Shown here: piece by piece, positions 34,585-43,833 of the stretch
How the letters are laid out: every line of letters starts with the position of its first letter
Position numbering within the stretch: position 1 is the first letter of the stretch
Program-made: the position numbers and the translations under genes
Notes under the pieces: model-generated
The model's input: the letters and a program-made list of their open reading frames with translations, nothing else
Told to the model about the DNA's origin: nothing
Database searches by the model: none
From: Myxococcales bacterium
Lineage (GTDB): Bacteria > Myxococcota_A > Polyangia > Polyangiales > DASUME01
DNA length: 64,000 nucleotides
Assembly (NCBI GenBank): GCA_047601445.1
Contig: JASGJH010000001.1
Coordinates: forward strand, 3,264,001 to 3,328,000
Direction of reading: 5' to 3'

Positions 34585-35757
34585 ATGCCGAAGAGCCATT
34601 TCAGCGAAGAGCATCAGCTTTTTCGCAAGCAAGTTCGCACCTTTGTCGAGCAGGAGCTGCTCCCGCACGCGGACGCCTGGGAGGCCGCAGAGATCTTCCC
34701 GCGCAGCGTCTTTGAACGCGCTGGAGCGCTCGGCATCATCGGTGCTCACTATCCGGAGTCAGTGGGTGGCGGTGGCGGCGACTTCTGGTTCAGCGTCGCC
34801 AAGGCCGAGGAGCTCAGTGCGTGCGGGTCGGCCGGTGTCGCGCTGGCGCTGTTGGTGCAGAGCGACATGGCCACGCCCATCATCTGGAAGCTCGGCTCGG
34901 ACTACCACAAGCGTGAGTTCCTGGAGCCCGCCCTGCGCGGCGAGAAGATCGGCGCCATCGGCGTCACGGAGCCCAACGCGGGCTCGGACGTCTCGGGCAT
35001 CCGCACCACGGCCAAGCTCGACGGCGACCACTACGTGATCAACGGGTCCAAGACCTTCATCACGAACGGCACGCGCTGCGACTTCATCACGCTGCTGGCG
35101 AAGACCGATGCTGCGGCCGGTCACCACGGCATCAGCATGTTCACCTTCCCGACCCAGACCAACGGCTTCTCGGTCTCCAAGAAGCTCAAGAAGCTCGGCA
35201 ATATCGCGAGCGACACGGCGGAGCTCTTCTTCGAGGACTGCCGGGTGCCCAAGCAGTGCCTGCTCGGTCAGGAGGGCATGGGCTTCATCTACCTGATGCA
35301 GAACTTCCAGTCCGAGCGCCTGATCGGGGCGGTGTCTTCGCTGGCCTCGGCGCGGCGCGCGCTCGACCGCAGCGTGTCTTACGGGCGCGATCGCTCGGCC
35401 TTCGGAAAGCCGCTGATCAAGCGCGAGGTGTGGCAGCACAAGTTCGTCGATCTCTACACCAAGCTCGAAGCCGCCCAGGCGCTCACGTACCGGGCCTGCG
35501 AGTACTACAACGAAGACGTATACGAGAAGGGTGGCATGCCCTCGCTCGAGACCGGCAAGCTCGTGAGCATGTCCAAGTTGCTGGCCGGCGACGTGGTGGA
35601 CGAGGTGATGGACGCCTGCATGCAGTTCCATGGCGGCATGGGCTACCTCGAGGACTTCTGGGTCGCGCGCGCCTGGCGCGATGCTCGCCTGCTGCGCATC
35701 GGCGGGGGCGCCAGCGAGGTGCTGCGCTACCTGATCGCGAAGGTGATGAACTTCTAG
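34585..35757 (+). CDS. Acyl-CoA dehydrogenase
   Basis: TEPNAGSDV, INGSKTFITNG, DTAELFFED, QFHGGMGY, IGGGASE. Confidence 0.95.
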   Translation: MPKSHFSEEHQLFRKQVRTFVEQELLPHADAWEAAEIFPRSVFERAGALGIIGAHYPESVGGGGGDFWFSVAKAEELSACGSAGVALALLVQSDMATPIIWKLGSDYHKREFLEPALRGEKIGAIGVTEPNAGSDVSGIRTTAKLDGDHYVINGSKTFITNGTRCDFITLLAKTDAAAGHHGISMFTFPTQTNGFSVSKKLKKLGNIASDTAELFFEDCRVPKQCLLGQEGMGFIYLMQNFQSERLIGAVSSLASARRALDRSVSYGRDRSAFGKPLIKREVWQHKFVDLYTKLEAAQALTYRACEYYNEDVYEKGGMPSLETGKLVSMSKLLAGDVVDEVMDACMQFHGGMGYLEDFWVARAWRDARLLRIGGGASEVLRYLIAKVMNF

Positions 35758-35777
35758 CAGAGCGCCGTTCGAGTAAG

Positions 35778-35891
35778 TCTGGCTCGTACGCGTACGCGTG
35801 CCCGTAAACGATTCGGGCTCTCCACGGTCCGCAAGCGGCACACAGCCGCTCAGATCGTCGAGCTCGGGCACGGGCACGCGTACGACCCAGA
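35778..35891. repeat. Imperfect ~27-bp inverted repeat element built from CGTGCC/CGTACG-like hexamers
   Basis: TCTGGCTCGTACGCGTACGCGTGCCCG ... CGGGCACGGGCACGCGTACGACCCAGA, 3 mismatches. Confidence 0.6.
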
Positions 35892-35934
35892 TCCCGCAGG
35901 AGAGTGGCTGGCCGCGGTTACCCCTGCCCCCGGC

Positions 35935-35963
35935 TTGACAAGGGGGGACTCGCCTCCGATGCT
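35935..35963 (+). promoter_or_regulatory. Putative sigma70 promoter of the fliO/sctR operon
   Basis: TTGACA-17nt-GATGCT about 10 nt upstream of ATG 35974. Confidence 0.45.
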
Positions 35964-35973
35964 CCGCCCGCAG

Positions 35974-36300
35974 ATGGGGCTATTGCTCGAGGCAAGCCAG
36001 CCAACCTCCCCGGTCGCTACCCACGGCGCTGAACTCGCGAGCCTGCTGCAGGTCGTGGTGGCGCTACTCGTGGTGTCCGCGCTCGCCTATGGCGTGTTGC
36101 GCGTGCTTGCGCGGCGAGGTTTCGGACGCCTGCCGAGCCAGGGCTCCCTGCGCGTGGAGCAGCGCTTGAACCTCGATAGCCAGGGCGACTTGTTGGTCGT
36201 GCGCGTGGAGGGACGCCGCCTGCTGCTCGCTGCTCAGCGGGGCGCGCCGGCGCGCTTGATCGCAGAGCTCGGACCTGCACCCGAGGGAACAGAGCCATGA
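35974..36300 (+). CDS. fliO: FliO-like export-gate assembly protein
   Basis: Single TM followed by LRVEQRLNL...LLVVRVEGRRLLL..LIAEL; ATGA overlap with the next gene. Confidence 0.75.
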   Translation: MGLLLEASQPTSPVATHGAELASLLQVVVALLVVSALAYGVLRVLARRGFGRLPSQGSLRVEQRLNLDSQGDLLVVRVEGRRLLLAAQRGAPARLIAELGPAPEGTEP

Positions 36301-36920
36301 ACTCCCTGCTCGAAGCTGGAAGCCTGTCGGGGGCGCTCGGACTCGTGGCCCTGGCGTTGATCCCGGTGGCGCTCGTCACGCTGACGTCGTTCGCGAAGAT
36401 CTCCGTGGTGTTCTCCGCGCTGCGCAACGCGCTGGGCACGCCCGACGTTCCTTCGGGCACCGTGATCACCGCGCTCGCGCTGGCCCTCTCGGTGTACGTG
36501 ATGGCCCCGGTGGTGGAGCGCATCGAGGTCGACAAGCTCACGGCCCAGAGCGACCTGAGCGCGCTGTTCGCGCGCGCTAGCGAGCCGCTGCGCTCGTTCC
36601 TGGCCCGCAATGCTGGCGAGCGGGAGACCAAGCTATTCGTGGATCTCGCCAAGGAGCGCGGCGAGGTCGCGACGGCCTCGGACCTGCGGGTGCTGTGGGC
36701 GAGCTTTGCCATCACGGAGCTCAAGCGGGCCTTTCAGCTCGGGTTCTTCGTGTTCTTGCCGTTCTTGGTGCTCGATCTCGTGGTGGCGCAGATCCTGCTG
36801 ACGCTGGGCATGAACGGGCTGACACCGAGCGCGGTGGCCCTGCCCTTCAAGCTGTTGCTCTTCGTGAGCGTGGATGGGTTCCTGCTGGTGAGTCGTGCCT
36901 TGATCCTCGGATACGCATGA
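36297..36920 (+). CDS. Type III export gate core subunit, SctR/FliP family
   Basis: TSFAKISVV..LRNALG, YVMAPV, ELKRAFQLGF..FLPFLVLDLVVA.IL..LGM, LPFKLLLFV.VDG; no cleavable signal peptide (SctR-like). Confidence 0.9.
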   Translation: MNSLLEAGSLSGALGLVALALIPVALVTLTSFAKISVVFSALRNALGTPDVPSGTVITALALALSVYVMAPVVERIEVDKLTAQSDLSALFARASEPLRSFLARNAGERETKLFVDLAKERGEVATASDLRVLWASFAITELKRAFQLGFFVFLPFLVLDLVVAQILLTLGMNGLTPSAVALPFKLLLFVSVDGFLLVSRALILGYA

Positions 36921-37981
36921 TGCGCCGGCTGGTCGGACTCGATGTGGCGCGCGGGCTCGCGGTGGTCTTGATGATTCAGACGCACGCCTACGATGCCTGG
37001 GTCGTCCCCAGCGAACGCGCCTCCAGCTGGTTCGGGTTCACCCGCTTGCTGGGCACCCTGCCCCTGCCGCTGTTCCTCTGCATCGCGGGCTTGAACGTGG
37101 GGCAGCGTGTGGTCCGCATGGCCGAGCTCGGCCGTCCCAACGGGCAACTCCAGCGTGAGCTCCTGCAGCAGGCAGGCCGGGTGCTCGCCGCGGGCTACGG
37201 ACTCAATGTCCTGTACGCCTGCCTGGATGGATACACGGGCCTCGCGACCTTCCTACGCATCGACGTGCTCCATTGCATCGGGCTCAGCGTGGCACTGCTC
37301 GCGGCATGCCTCGGCGGTGGACCGACCATCCGTCCGCGCGCGTTCGCCACACGTTGCTTCGCCGGGGGAGCGTTCGTGCTCCTGGCCTGTCCCACGCTGA
37401 CGCGGCTCGCGCAGCCCGCTGCCGGCTCGGCCTGGCACTACCTGTTGGCCCCCTGGTTGGAGCTTCGAGGTACGCACTCCATGCCGGTGATCCCGCTCTT
37501 CTTCTTCGCGGCCAGCCTGGCAGCGCTGGGGGCGAACCTGTCTCCGTCTCGGCTTGTGGACGGGCGCGCCCTGGCGGCCGGTGCCGGCCTGGCGCTGCCG
37601 CTGGTGGCGCTCGGACTGGCCGGCGAAGCTTGGCTGGCCGCGCACGGCATGGCCCCGAGCCGCACCAATCCAGGCATCTGGTTCAACGCGCTGGGACTCC
37701 TGGGCCGCGCTGGTTGGGTGCTGGGGCTCACGCTTCTGCTCGCCCGCAGACGTGTCCGCGACGTCCCCGTGCTGAGCCTGTTGGGGCGTCACTCGCTGCT
37801 ACTCTACGGACTCCATTTGCCCCTCTGTTATGGGCGCCTCGCAGGGGCATTGAAGCGCTCGTCGAGCCTCGCCACTGCCAGCTTGTGGCTCCTGGGGCTG
37901 GTCGTACTGTGCTGGCTCGTGGCGTGGCTGCGCGAAGGTCACGCACGGACAGCGTCCCCCGCGTTATCCTTGGGCTCGTGA
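36917..37981 (+). CDS. Membrane acyltransferase, HGSNAT/DUF1624-like
   Basis: RLVGLDVARGLAVVLMIQTH, IDVLHCIG, LGRHSL..Y..H, multiple TMs. Confidence 0.8.
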   Translation: MMRRLVGLDVARGLAVVLMIQTHAYDAWVVPSERASSWFGFTRLLGTLPLPLFLCIAGLNVGQRVVRMAELGRPNGQLQRELLQQAGRVLAAGYGLNVLYACLDGYTGLATFLRIDVLHCIGLSVALLAACLGGGPTIRPRAFATRCFAGGAFVLLACPTLTRLAQPAAGSAWHYLLAPWLELRGTHSMPVIPLFFFAASLAALGANLSPSRLVDGRALAAGAGLALPLVALGLAGEAWLAAHGMAPSRTNPGIWFNALGLLGRAGWVLGLTLLLARRRVRDVPVLSLLGRHSLLLYGLHLPLCYGRLAGALKRSSSLATASLWLLGLVVLCWLVAWLREGHARTASPALSLGS

Positions 37982-39114
37982 GGGCAAGGCCCGTACGCCG
38001 ACATCGCATCCGCGACCGCGCGCGCTCCACGGGCAACCGTGTCAGCCTGCTCCACGACGGCGAACAGGCGCTCCCGGCCATGTTGCAAGCCATTCGCGCG
38101 GCCGAGTACGAGATCTTGCTCGAGATGTACTGGTTCGACTCCGACCGCACGGGCCGTGAGTTCGCGGAAGCCCTGATGGAGCGTTCCCGCGCCGGAGTCT
38201 GCGTGCGGGTGATCTACGACGCCGTGGGCAGCATCGAAGCCGACGCCGAGATGTTCGACTTGATGCGCACGGCCGGTTGCGAGATCTTCGAGTTCAACCC
38301 CATCGCGCCCTGGCGCCAGCGTTTCAGCTTCGGTCGTCTCAATCAGCGCGATCACCGCAAGCTGCTGGTGGTCGACGGGCGCGTGGCGATCACGGGCGGC
38401 TTCAACATCGCCGACCACTGGGCGCCCAAGCACGCGGGCGGCGGTGGCTTTCGTGACGACGGCATTCAGCTGGTCGGGGCCGCGGCTGGTGAGCTGCGCG
38501 ACCTCTTCTATCGCACCTTCCCCAAGCCCGCGCTCCCACTGCCCGCCATGTCTCCGGAGCTCGGCGACACCGAGGTCACCGTGCTGGCGAACGACCTCTT
38601 GGCCGAGCGGCGCGGCATCTACGACGGCTACGTGAACGCCATCGCCAAGGCCACGCGCTACATCATCATCTGCAATAGCTACTTCATCCCCTCGAGTCGG
38701 GTGCGCAAGGCGTTGGCGCGGGCCGTAATGCGGGGCGTCCGCGTGCGCGTGCTCGTTCCGCGCGACACGGACGTCAAGGTGGCTCAGCTGGCCAGCCGGC
38801 ATCTCTACGGGCGTCTGCTCTCGTCCGGTGTCGAGGTCAACGAGTGGCGAGGCGGCGTGCTGCACTCGAAGACGGCCGTCATCGACGACTCCTGGTGCAC
38901 CGTCGGCAGCTTCAATTTCGATGCACGCTCGATTCACAACAATCTGGAGCTGAACGTGGCCATGGAGAGCCCGCCGGTGGCCACCGCGCTGCGCACTCGC
39001 GTGGAGATGGACCTGGCAGACTCGGTGGCCATCGATCTCGACAAGTGGAGCAAGCGCAGCTTCGTGATCCGCCTCATCGAGCGCTTCTTCTTCTCCCTGC
39101 GCTGGCTGCTCTAG
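37978..39114 (+). CDS. Cardiolipin synthase (ClsB-like phospholipase D)
   Basis: GNRVSLL.DG, two HKD motifs (DHRKLLVVD, HSKTAVID), GSFNFD.RS..NLE; no N-terminal TMs. Confidence 0.9.
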   Translation: MRARPVRRHRIRDRARSTGNRVSLLHDGEQALPAMLQAIRAAEYEILLEMYWFDSDRTGREFAEALMERSRAGVCVRVIYDAVGSIEADAEMFDLMRTAGCEIFEFNPIAPWRQRFSFGRLNQRDHRKLLVVDGRVAITGGFNIADHWAPKHAGGGGFRDDGIQLVGAAAGELRDLFYRTFPKPALPLPAMSPELGDTEVTVLANDLLAERRGIYDGYVNAIAKATRYIIICNSYFIPSSRVRKALARAVMRGVRVRVLVPRDTDVKVAQLASRHLYGRLLSSGVEVNEWRGGVLHSKTAVIDDSWCTVGSFNFDARSIHNNLELNVAMESPPVATALRTRVEMDLADSVAIDLDKWSKRSFVIRLIERFFFSLRWLL

Positions 39115-39270
39115 GGGCAAGACCAGCCCGAGCAGGTCGTGTCGGGCCGACGGCGCCCCGATCTTCAAAGTTTCCTAAGCGTCGGAAGAGCAGCGCAGAG
39201 CAGCCCGGGCGGCTCCGTAAATCACGCCAGCAGCAGGCACCCACCCCCCCCGCCGCTGCAGGAGAGAGTC

Positions 39271-39933
39271 GTGATCAAGAGTCGAGTGGCCTTTGGCGTT
39301 TCCTTGTTCGTGTCGATGTTGGGCGTCGCCTGCGGAGATAGCGAAGGTGGCCCCAAGGGCGCGAGCTGCGAGGCGGTGTGCGAGCGCATCGAGGACCCCC
39401 AATGCGGCAACGCTGCCCCGAACTGCGTCGCGCAGTGCAAGGAAGAGAAGCTCAACACGCCCACGGATTGCCAATCCGAGATCGACGCGCTCACGTCTTG
39501 CTTCGCCGGCGCAACCTTTCACTGCGACGGCGATGACGTGCCGCAGGCAGACGCCTGCAAACCCGAGCTCGATCGCTGGATCGCGTGCTCCGAGCAGCCC
39601 AGCACCCCGGACGACGGCGACGACGAGACGGGCGGTGATGGCCCCCAATCCGGCGGCGAATCCCCCGGCGACCACGGTGAGCATGAGCAGAATCAGTGCG
39701 GTGCGAGCCCCGCCGACGACGCCTGCGACAGCTGCTTGAAGGGCACTTGTTGCGACGAGACCTCGGCCTGCGGACCGGCCTGCCAACGCATCGCGGACTG
39801 CGTGGATACGTGCGCCGATGACGACTGCATCGATGAATGCGTCAATGACAACCTGGACGGCGCCTACCAGTTCTCCCAGCTAGCTACCTGCATGGTCCAG
39901 AGCTGCGCCGGCAGCTGCAACTTGGGCTCGTGA
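39271..39933 (+). CDS. Cysteine-rich lipoprotein
   Basis: GGAG RBS, lipobox LGVAC, two Cys-rich domains joined by an acidic linker. Confidence 0.75.
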   Translation: MIKSRVAFGVSLFVSMLGVACGDSEGGPKGASCEAVCERIEDPQCGNAAPNCVAQCKEEKLNTPTDCQSEIDALTSCFAGATFHCDGDDVPQADACKPELDRWIACSEQPSTPDDGDDETGGDGPQSGGESPGDHGEHEQNQCGASPADDACDSCLKGTCCDETSACGPACQRIADCVDTCADDDCIDECVNDNLDGAYQFSQLATCMVQSCAGSCNLGS

Positions 39934-39958
39934 ACGGGCGGAAGCGGCGTCGCTGCGC

Positions 39959-41431
39959 TCAGGCTGCGCCGCCCTCGAGCTCCGCCTCGGCTGCGAGCGC
40001 AGGCGGCGGGTAGCTGTGATACTGGAGGATCGAACGGTTGAGCACCCGCAGCTCGTCGAGCTTCGCGAAGAGTCGAAGCGACAGAGGCGCACATACCGTG
40101 AAGGCCACGGCCGGAGACAGCGGCAGCCTCCGCAAGAGCCACAGTGAGATGCCCGCCAGCAGACACACTCCCAGCGGAAGGACCACGGTCACCAGGAGCT
40201 CGTAGCTGCGCTTCTTGAAGCCGACCTGGGGCAAGTTCCCGCGCGGCTGCGCGCCAAACAGGCGATGGCTGCTCGCCGCTCCCACCGCGCGCCGACACGC
40301 CACCAGCAGGGCCAGTACCACCAACCAGGGCAGCGCCTGCAGAACCCAGGAGCCTTCCACGGGGATCCCGAGCGCGGATAGCGGGCGCACCTGCCAGCTC
40401 AAGCGAGCGCGCACGGTCTCCAGCGCGGGCGTGGGCGCGAGCGGCGCGAGTTCCTGCCACAGGTCGGCTGCGTGCAGCGCCGGAAACGAGGCCTGCGCAC
40501 CCGGGATGACCAGGGGTGGCAGGCTCACCAGACGCCGCTCGAGCTCCACCGCCAGCGTCAGCTCGCGGGGCTCGGCCGGAGGCCCCTCGAGGCTCACGCG
40601 CAGCCGCGCAAAGCGGGGAAGTTCTGCCCCTGCCTCGCGCATGGGTGCCGCGGCACTCCCCTGCATCACCTGCTCGGCCAGCGCCTCGTAGCGCGTCTGC
40701 AGCGCCTCGTAGACCGCCGCCTTCTCGTCCCGCTGCTGCAGGGCGGTGGTCAAGAGCTCGCGGAACTTGTCCGTGGAGCGCGAGCGCCGCTTCTTGCGGG
40801 CTTCCACGCGCTTCTCTGCGAACTCCCGCCTGCGCTCGGCACGTTCGAGGCCGACTCGCGCTTCGGCCACCTCGCGCTCGAGCTCCCGCACCTCGAACTC
40901 CCGCTGCACGTCCTCGGCGCCCAGCTCGGCCGCCTCGAGCACCGCACCTGTGATGGTGGGGGTTCCCGTCGCGCCCAGGCGTGCCAGGCGAAACGCGAGC
41001 GCCGCCTGCACCGCATCGGCCCGCGGCAACGCGACCTCGGCTTGGGCTGCTCCCTGGCTCTGCGCGCTCACATCCCCCAGGCTCACGAGCCGGAGGTTCG
41101 CCAGCGGCGCCAGGGCCGGGGCGCCGTCGGCGACCTGCCAGCGTGCCCGCACCTTCCCGCTCCGCTCCCGGAGTGCGCCGCGCGCGGCCTCCGGGCCCGG
41201 CGCCGGCGCCGCGAGCTCCTGCAGCGGAACCTGCGCGAATTGCATGGCCTGGGCGCGACGCGTCTGCTCCGTGGCCGCCAGGTCGACGCTCCGCTGGAAC
41301 TCGGAGAGCTCGGCATAGCCACGCGCCACGCGCGCGTCACCGGGGCGAGGCAAACAGATCGGTAGCACCGCGAGGGTGACGAATAGGAGGCCAATCAGAC
41401 CGCGGTGGGCAGCTAGGAGTCGCGCTTCCAT
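39959..41431 (-). CDS. Hypothetical membrane protein with central coiled coil
   Basis: N-terminal TM, charged heptads, about 3 C-terminal TMs. Confidence 0.65.
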   Translation of the reverse strand: MEARLLAAHRGLIGLLFVTLAVLPICLPRPGDARVARGYAELSEFQRSVDLAATEQTRRAQAMQFAQVPLQELAAPAPGPEAARGALRERSGKVRARWQVADGAPALAPLANLRLVSLGDVSAQSQGAAQAEVALPRADAVQAALAFRLARLGATGTPTITGAVLEAAELGAEDVQREFEVRELEREVAEARVGLERAERRREFAEKRVEARKKRRSRSTDKFRELLTTALQQRDEKAAVYEALQTRYEALAEQVMQGSAAAPMREAGAELPRFARLRVSLEGPPAEPRELTLAVELERRLVSLPPLVIPGAQASFPALHAADLWQELAPLAPTPALETVRARLSWQVRPLSALGIPVEGSWVLQALPWLVVLALLVACRRAVGAASSHRLFGAQPRGNLPQVGFKKRSYELLVTVVLPLGVCLLAGISLWLLRRLPLSPAVAFTVCAPLSLRLFAKLDELRVLNRSILQYHSYPPPALAAEAELEGGAA

Positions 41432-41673
41432 GCGGTCGTCAGCATGCCCAAGCCGGCGCGCGGGTGAAAGAGCCTCACGCGGGTTTGGCGATGAAAAATA
41501 CCCACAAAATGCGGGCAAACAGTCGAACTGCGCCGTCGCACGCGACGCAATCGGAACTTTCCGCCGGCACGCGACCGCGCCATGTGCGCGGCACCTGTTG
41601 CCACCTGCCGTGCAACACAAATCACGCCGTTGTGACGCAGGCGTCAGCCCGGACAAATCTCGGAAAACGCTAC

Positions 41674-42366
41674 GTGCCGGGTATTGCGAAATTGCCGCTC
41701 AAGTCCCACAAAAAGCCCGTGTCGAACGCCGTGTTTGATTTTGACGGAACCCTGATCGACGGGGACTCCACCACCCGCTGGCTCCTCGATGTGTTCAAGC
41801 GCTCACCGGTGCGCCTGGCAGTGGCCCTGCTGCTGCTGCCCGTGGCCCTGCCGATGACGGTGCTACCGGCTACACGACGGCGCGGCGCCTCGATTTTCCT
41901 GTGGCTCGCCACGCTGGGCCTCGACGAAGCCGCCGTGGATCGCTCCCTGACGGAGTTCGCGCGCCGCTTCCAGGCCGGGCAACTCCCGCTCGGCTTTCGT
42001 CCCGGGGGGGTCGAGACGCTGGAACGCCACTTGGCCGACGGCCACCGCGTGGCCATCTGCACGGCCGCACCGGCGGTGGTGGCACGTGCCCTCCTGACTC
42101 CGTGGCAGCAGCAGATCGCCATCGTGGGCTCGCCCCTACGCCGGATCGCAGGCGGCTGGATCTTCGAGCGTCACTGCTACGCCTGGGAGAAGTGCACGTT
42201 CCTGCGCGAGGCTGGCTACCCGGACAACTGGCAGTTCGCTTACACGGACAGCATCGCCGACCGCGCCCTGCTCGTGAACGCAGACCGGGGCTACGTGATC
42301 AACCCGAGCAAGCTCCTGCTGCGCCGCGTGCGTGCCGACAAGCTCGCCGAAGCCCTGGCCTGGTAA
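41674..42366 (+). CDS. HAD-IB phosphatase (YfhB/PgpC-like)
   Basis: FDFDGTL, ICTA, CY..EK, YTDSIAD; start could also be GTG 41719. Confidence 0.82.
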   Translation: MPGIAKLPLKSHKKPVSNAVFDFDGTLIDGDSTTRWLLDVFKRSPVRLAVALLLLPVALPMTVLPATRRRGASIFLWLATLGLDEAAVDRSLTEFARRFQAGQLPLGFRPGGVETLERHLADGHRVAICTAAPAVVARALLTPWQQQIAIVGSPLRRIAGGWIFERHCYAWEKCTFLREAGYPDNWQFAYTDSIADRALLVNADRGYVINPSKLLLRRVRADKLAEALAW

Positions 42367-42851
42367 GCCCAGGATCCAGTCTTCCGCAGTCTGCTCCGTC
42401 AGACCCTGAGAGTAAGAAGACAGCGAGCGGTGCACTGCCATTCGGGGTGATTCGATGCCCCGTCGTATGGGCTCCGCGCTCGCATATCAGGCCGATTGCG
42501 CACGGATGTCCTGGCTGACGCAGCGCTCGTTGTTGTGTGTGCGGGCAGGCCTTTTCTGCAGCTTTTGAAGCGACCTGGCCGTGTGGTCTGGCCCCCCAAT
42601 CCAGCTGCAATGGGCCTTCGGGTAAGGCTCGAGCCGAGCACCGATTCGATCGGGGCCGTACCACGATGTCGCTGACATCAAACGGCTTCTTGCCCACAGT
42701 GGACCACCCCGCCCGCTTGCAGGTCCCCATGGGTAGGAGCGAATTGATCGCCATCGTGGAGCGCTGTCAGGGCACAATTGTCAGGACGCCCACGCCTTGA
42801 ATCCGACGACACCGCTCGCTATTTTTGCCACCGATGAGGGGTCCTGGTCCT

Positions 42852-43457
42852 ATGGTTCTCACGCAGAGCTACGCATCCGCCGTGGACACCTCATCGGAGA
42901 ACATCGGAACCCAAGGGGCGCCCGGCTCGCAAACGCCGGCGCGCTTCGACACGTTCTTGCCTCGTCTTCAGATCTCCGAGGCCGTGTTCCAGTCGGTCCC
43001 CGCGTTCGTGGCCAACCGACTTCGTACCCGCGCGCTGCGCTTCGCCGGGGTACGCATCGGCACCGGGACGGTGTTCTTCGATTTCCCCACCATGGTGGGG
43101 AGTGGCAATTTTGTCGGCCGCCTCAGCGTAGGTGAGCTGTGTGGATTCAATCGCGGGTGCTTCTTCGAGCTCGATGACCAGATCAGCATCGGCAATCACG
43201 TGGCCGTTGGGCACGACGTGATGCTGCTGACGCGCACCCACGAACTTGGTCATTCTTCGCGCCGCGCGGGCGCGGTACGCACGGCTCCGGTAGTGATCGA
43301 GGACGGCGTCTGGCTGGGAGCTCGCTGCACGGTTCTACCGGGCGTGACAATCGGGGCCGGCGCGGTGATCGGCTCGTCGGTCGTGATCACCAAGAACGTC
43401 CCACCAGATAGCCTGGTCATGGGCAACACTCAGATTTCCATAGCGAAGTGGCGATGA
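42852..43457 (+). CDS. Left-handed beta-helix acyltransferase (maltose O-acetyltransferase-like) #1
   Basis: Hexapeptide repeats; THELG, PVVIEDGVWLGARCTVLPGVTIG. Confidence 0.88.
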   Translation: MVLTQSYASAVDTSSENIGTQGAPGSQTPARFDTFLPRLQISEAVFQSVPAFVANRLRTRALRFAGVRIGTGTVFFDFPTMVGSGNFVGRLSVGELCGFNRGCFFELDDQISIGNHVAVGHDVMLLTRTHELGHSSRRAGAVRTAPVVIEDGVWLGARCTVLPGVTIGAGAVIGSSVVITKNVPPDSLVMGNTQISIAKWR

Positions 43458-43518
43458 GCGCTCCGTGCCGCCTGGTCGCGCGGCACGGGCACCTAGCCAG
43501 GAGCAGTCGAGAGAAACA

Positions 43519-43833
43519 ATGATAGAGCGGAAAACAGCATACGATGTGGTCGCTTCATGCCTGCGCGCAACGATGGAGGAGACCGGTAATACGGCCGAAG
43601 TGACGGAGGACACCGTCATCGTCGGGCCGGGCGCCGCGTTGGACTCGGTCGAGGTGGTGGCACTCATTGTCAACATCGAGCAGTCCTTGGAAATGGACCA
43701 CGACGTATCCGTCACCTTGGCGAGCGACAAGGCCATGTCACAGCGCTCGAGTCCCTTCCGCACTGTCGGCGTACTCGCCGATCACATTCTGTCCGTGATC
43801 GCCGAGAACAGCCTCGAGGGGAGCGCAGCGTGA
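43519..43833 (+). CDS. Acyl carrier protein
   Basis: Acidic, 104 aa, LDSVEVV phosphopantetheine-site motif, SPFRTV..LADHI. Confidence 0.85.
   Translation: MIERKTAYDVVASCLRATMEETGNTAEVTEDTVIVGPGAALDSVEVVALIVNIEQSLEMDHDVSVTLASDKAMSQRSSPFRTVGVLADHILSVIAENSLEGSAA

Noticed and set aside
41510..41560. GGGCAAAC...GACGCAA resembling a c-di-GMP-I riboswitch
   Set aside because: Spacing is wrong, there is no GNRA loop and no second stem
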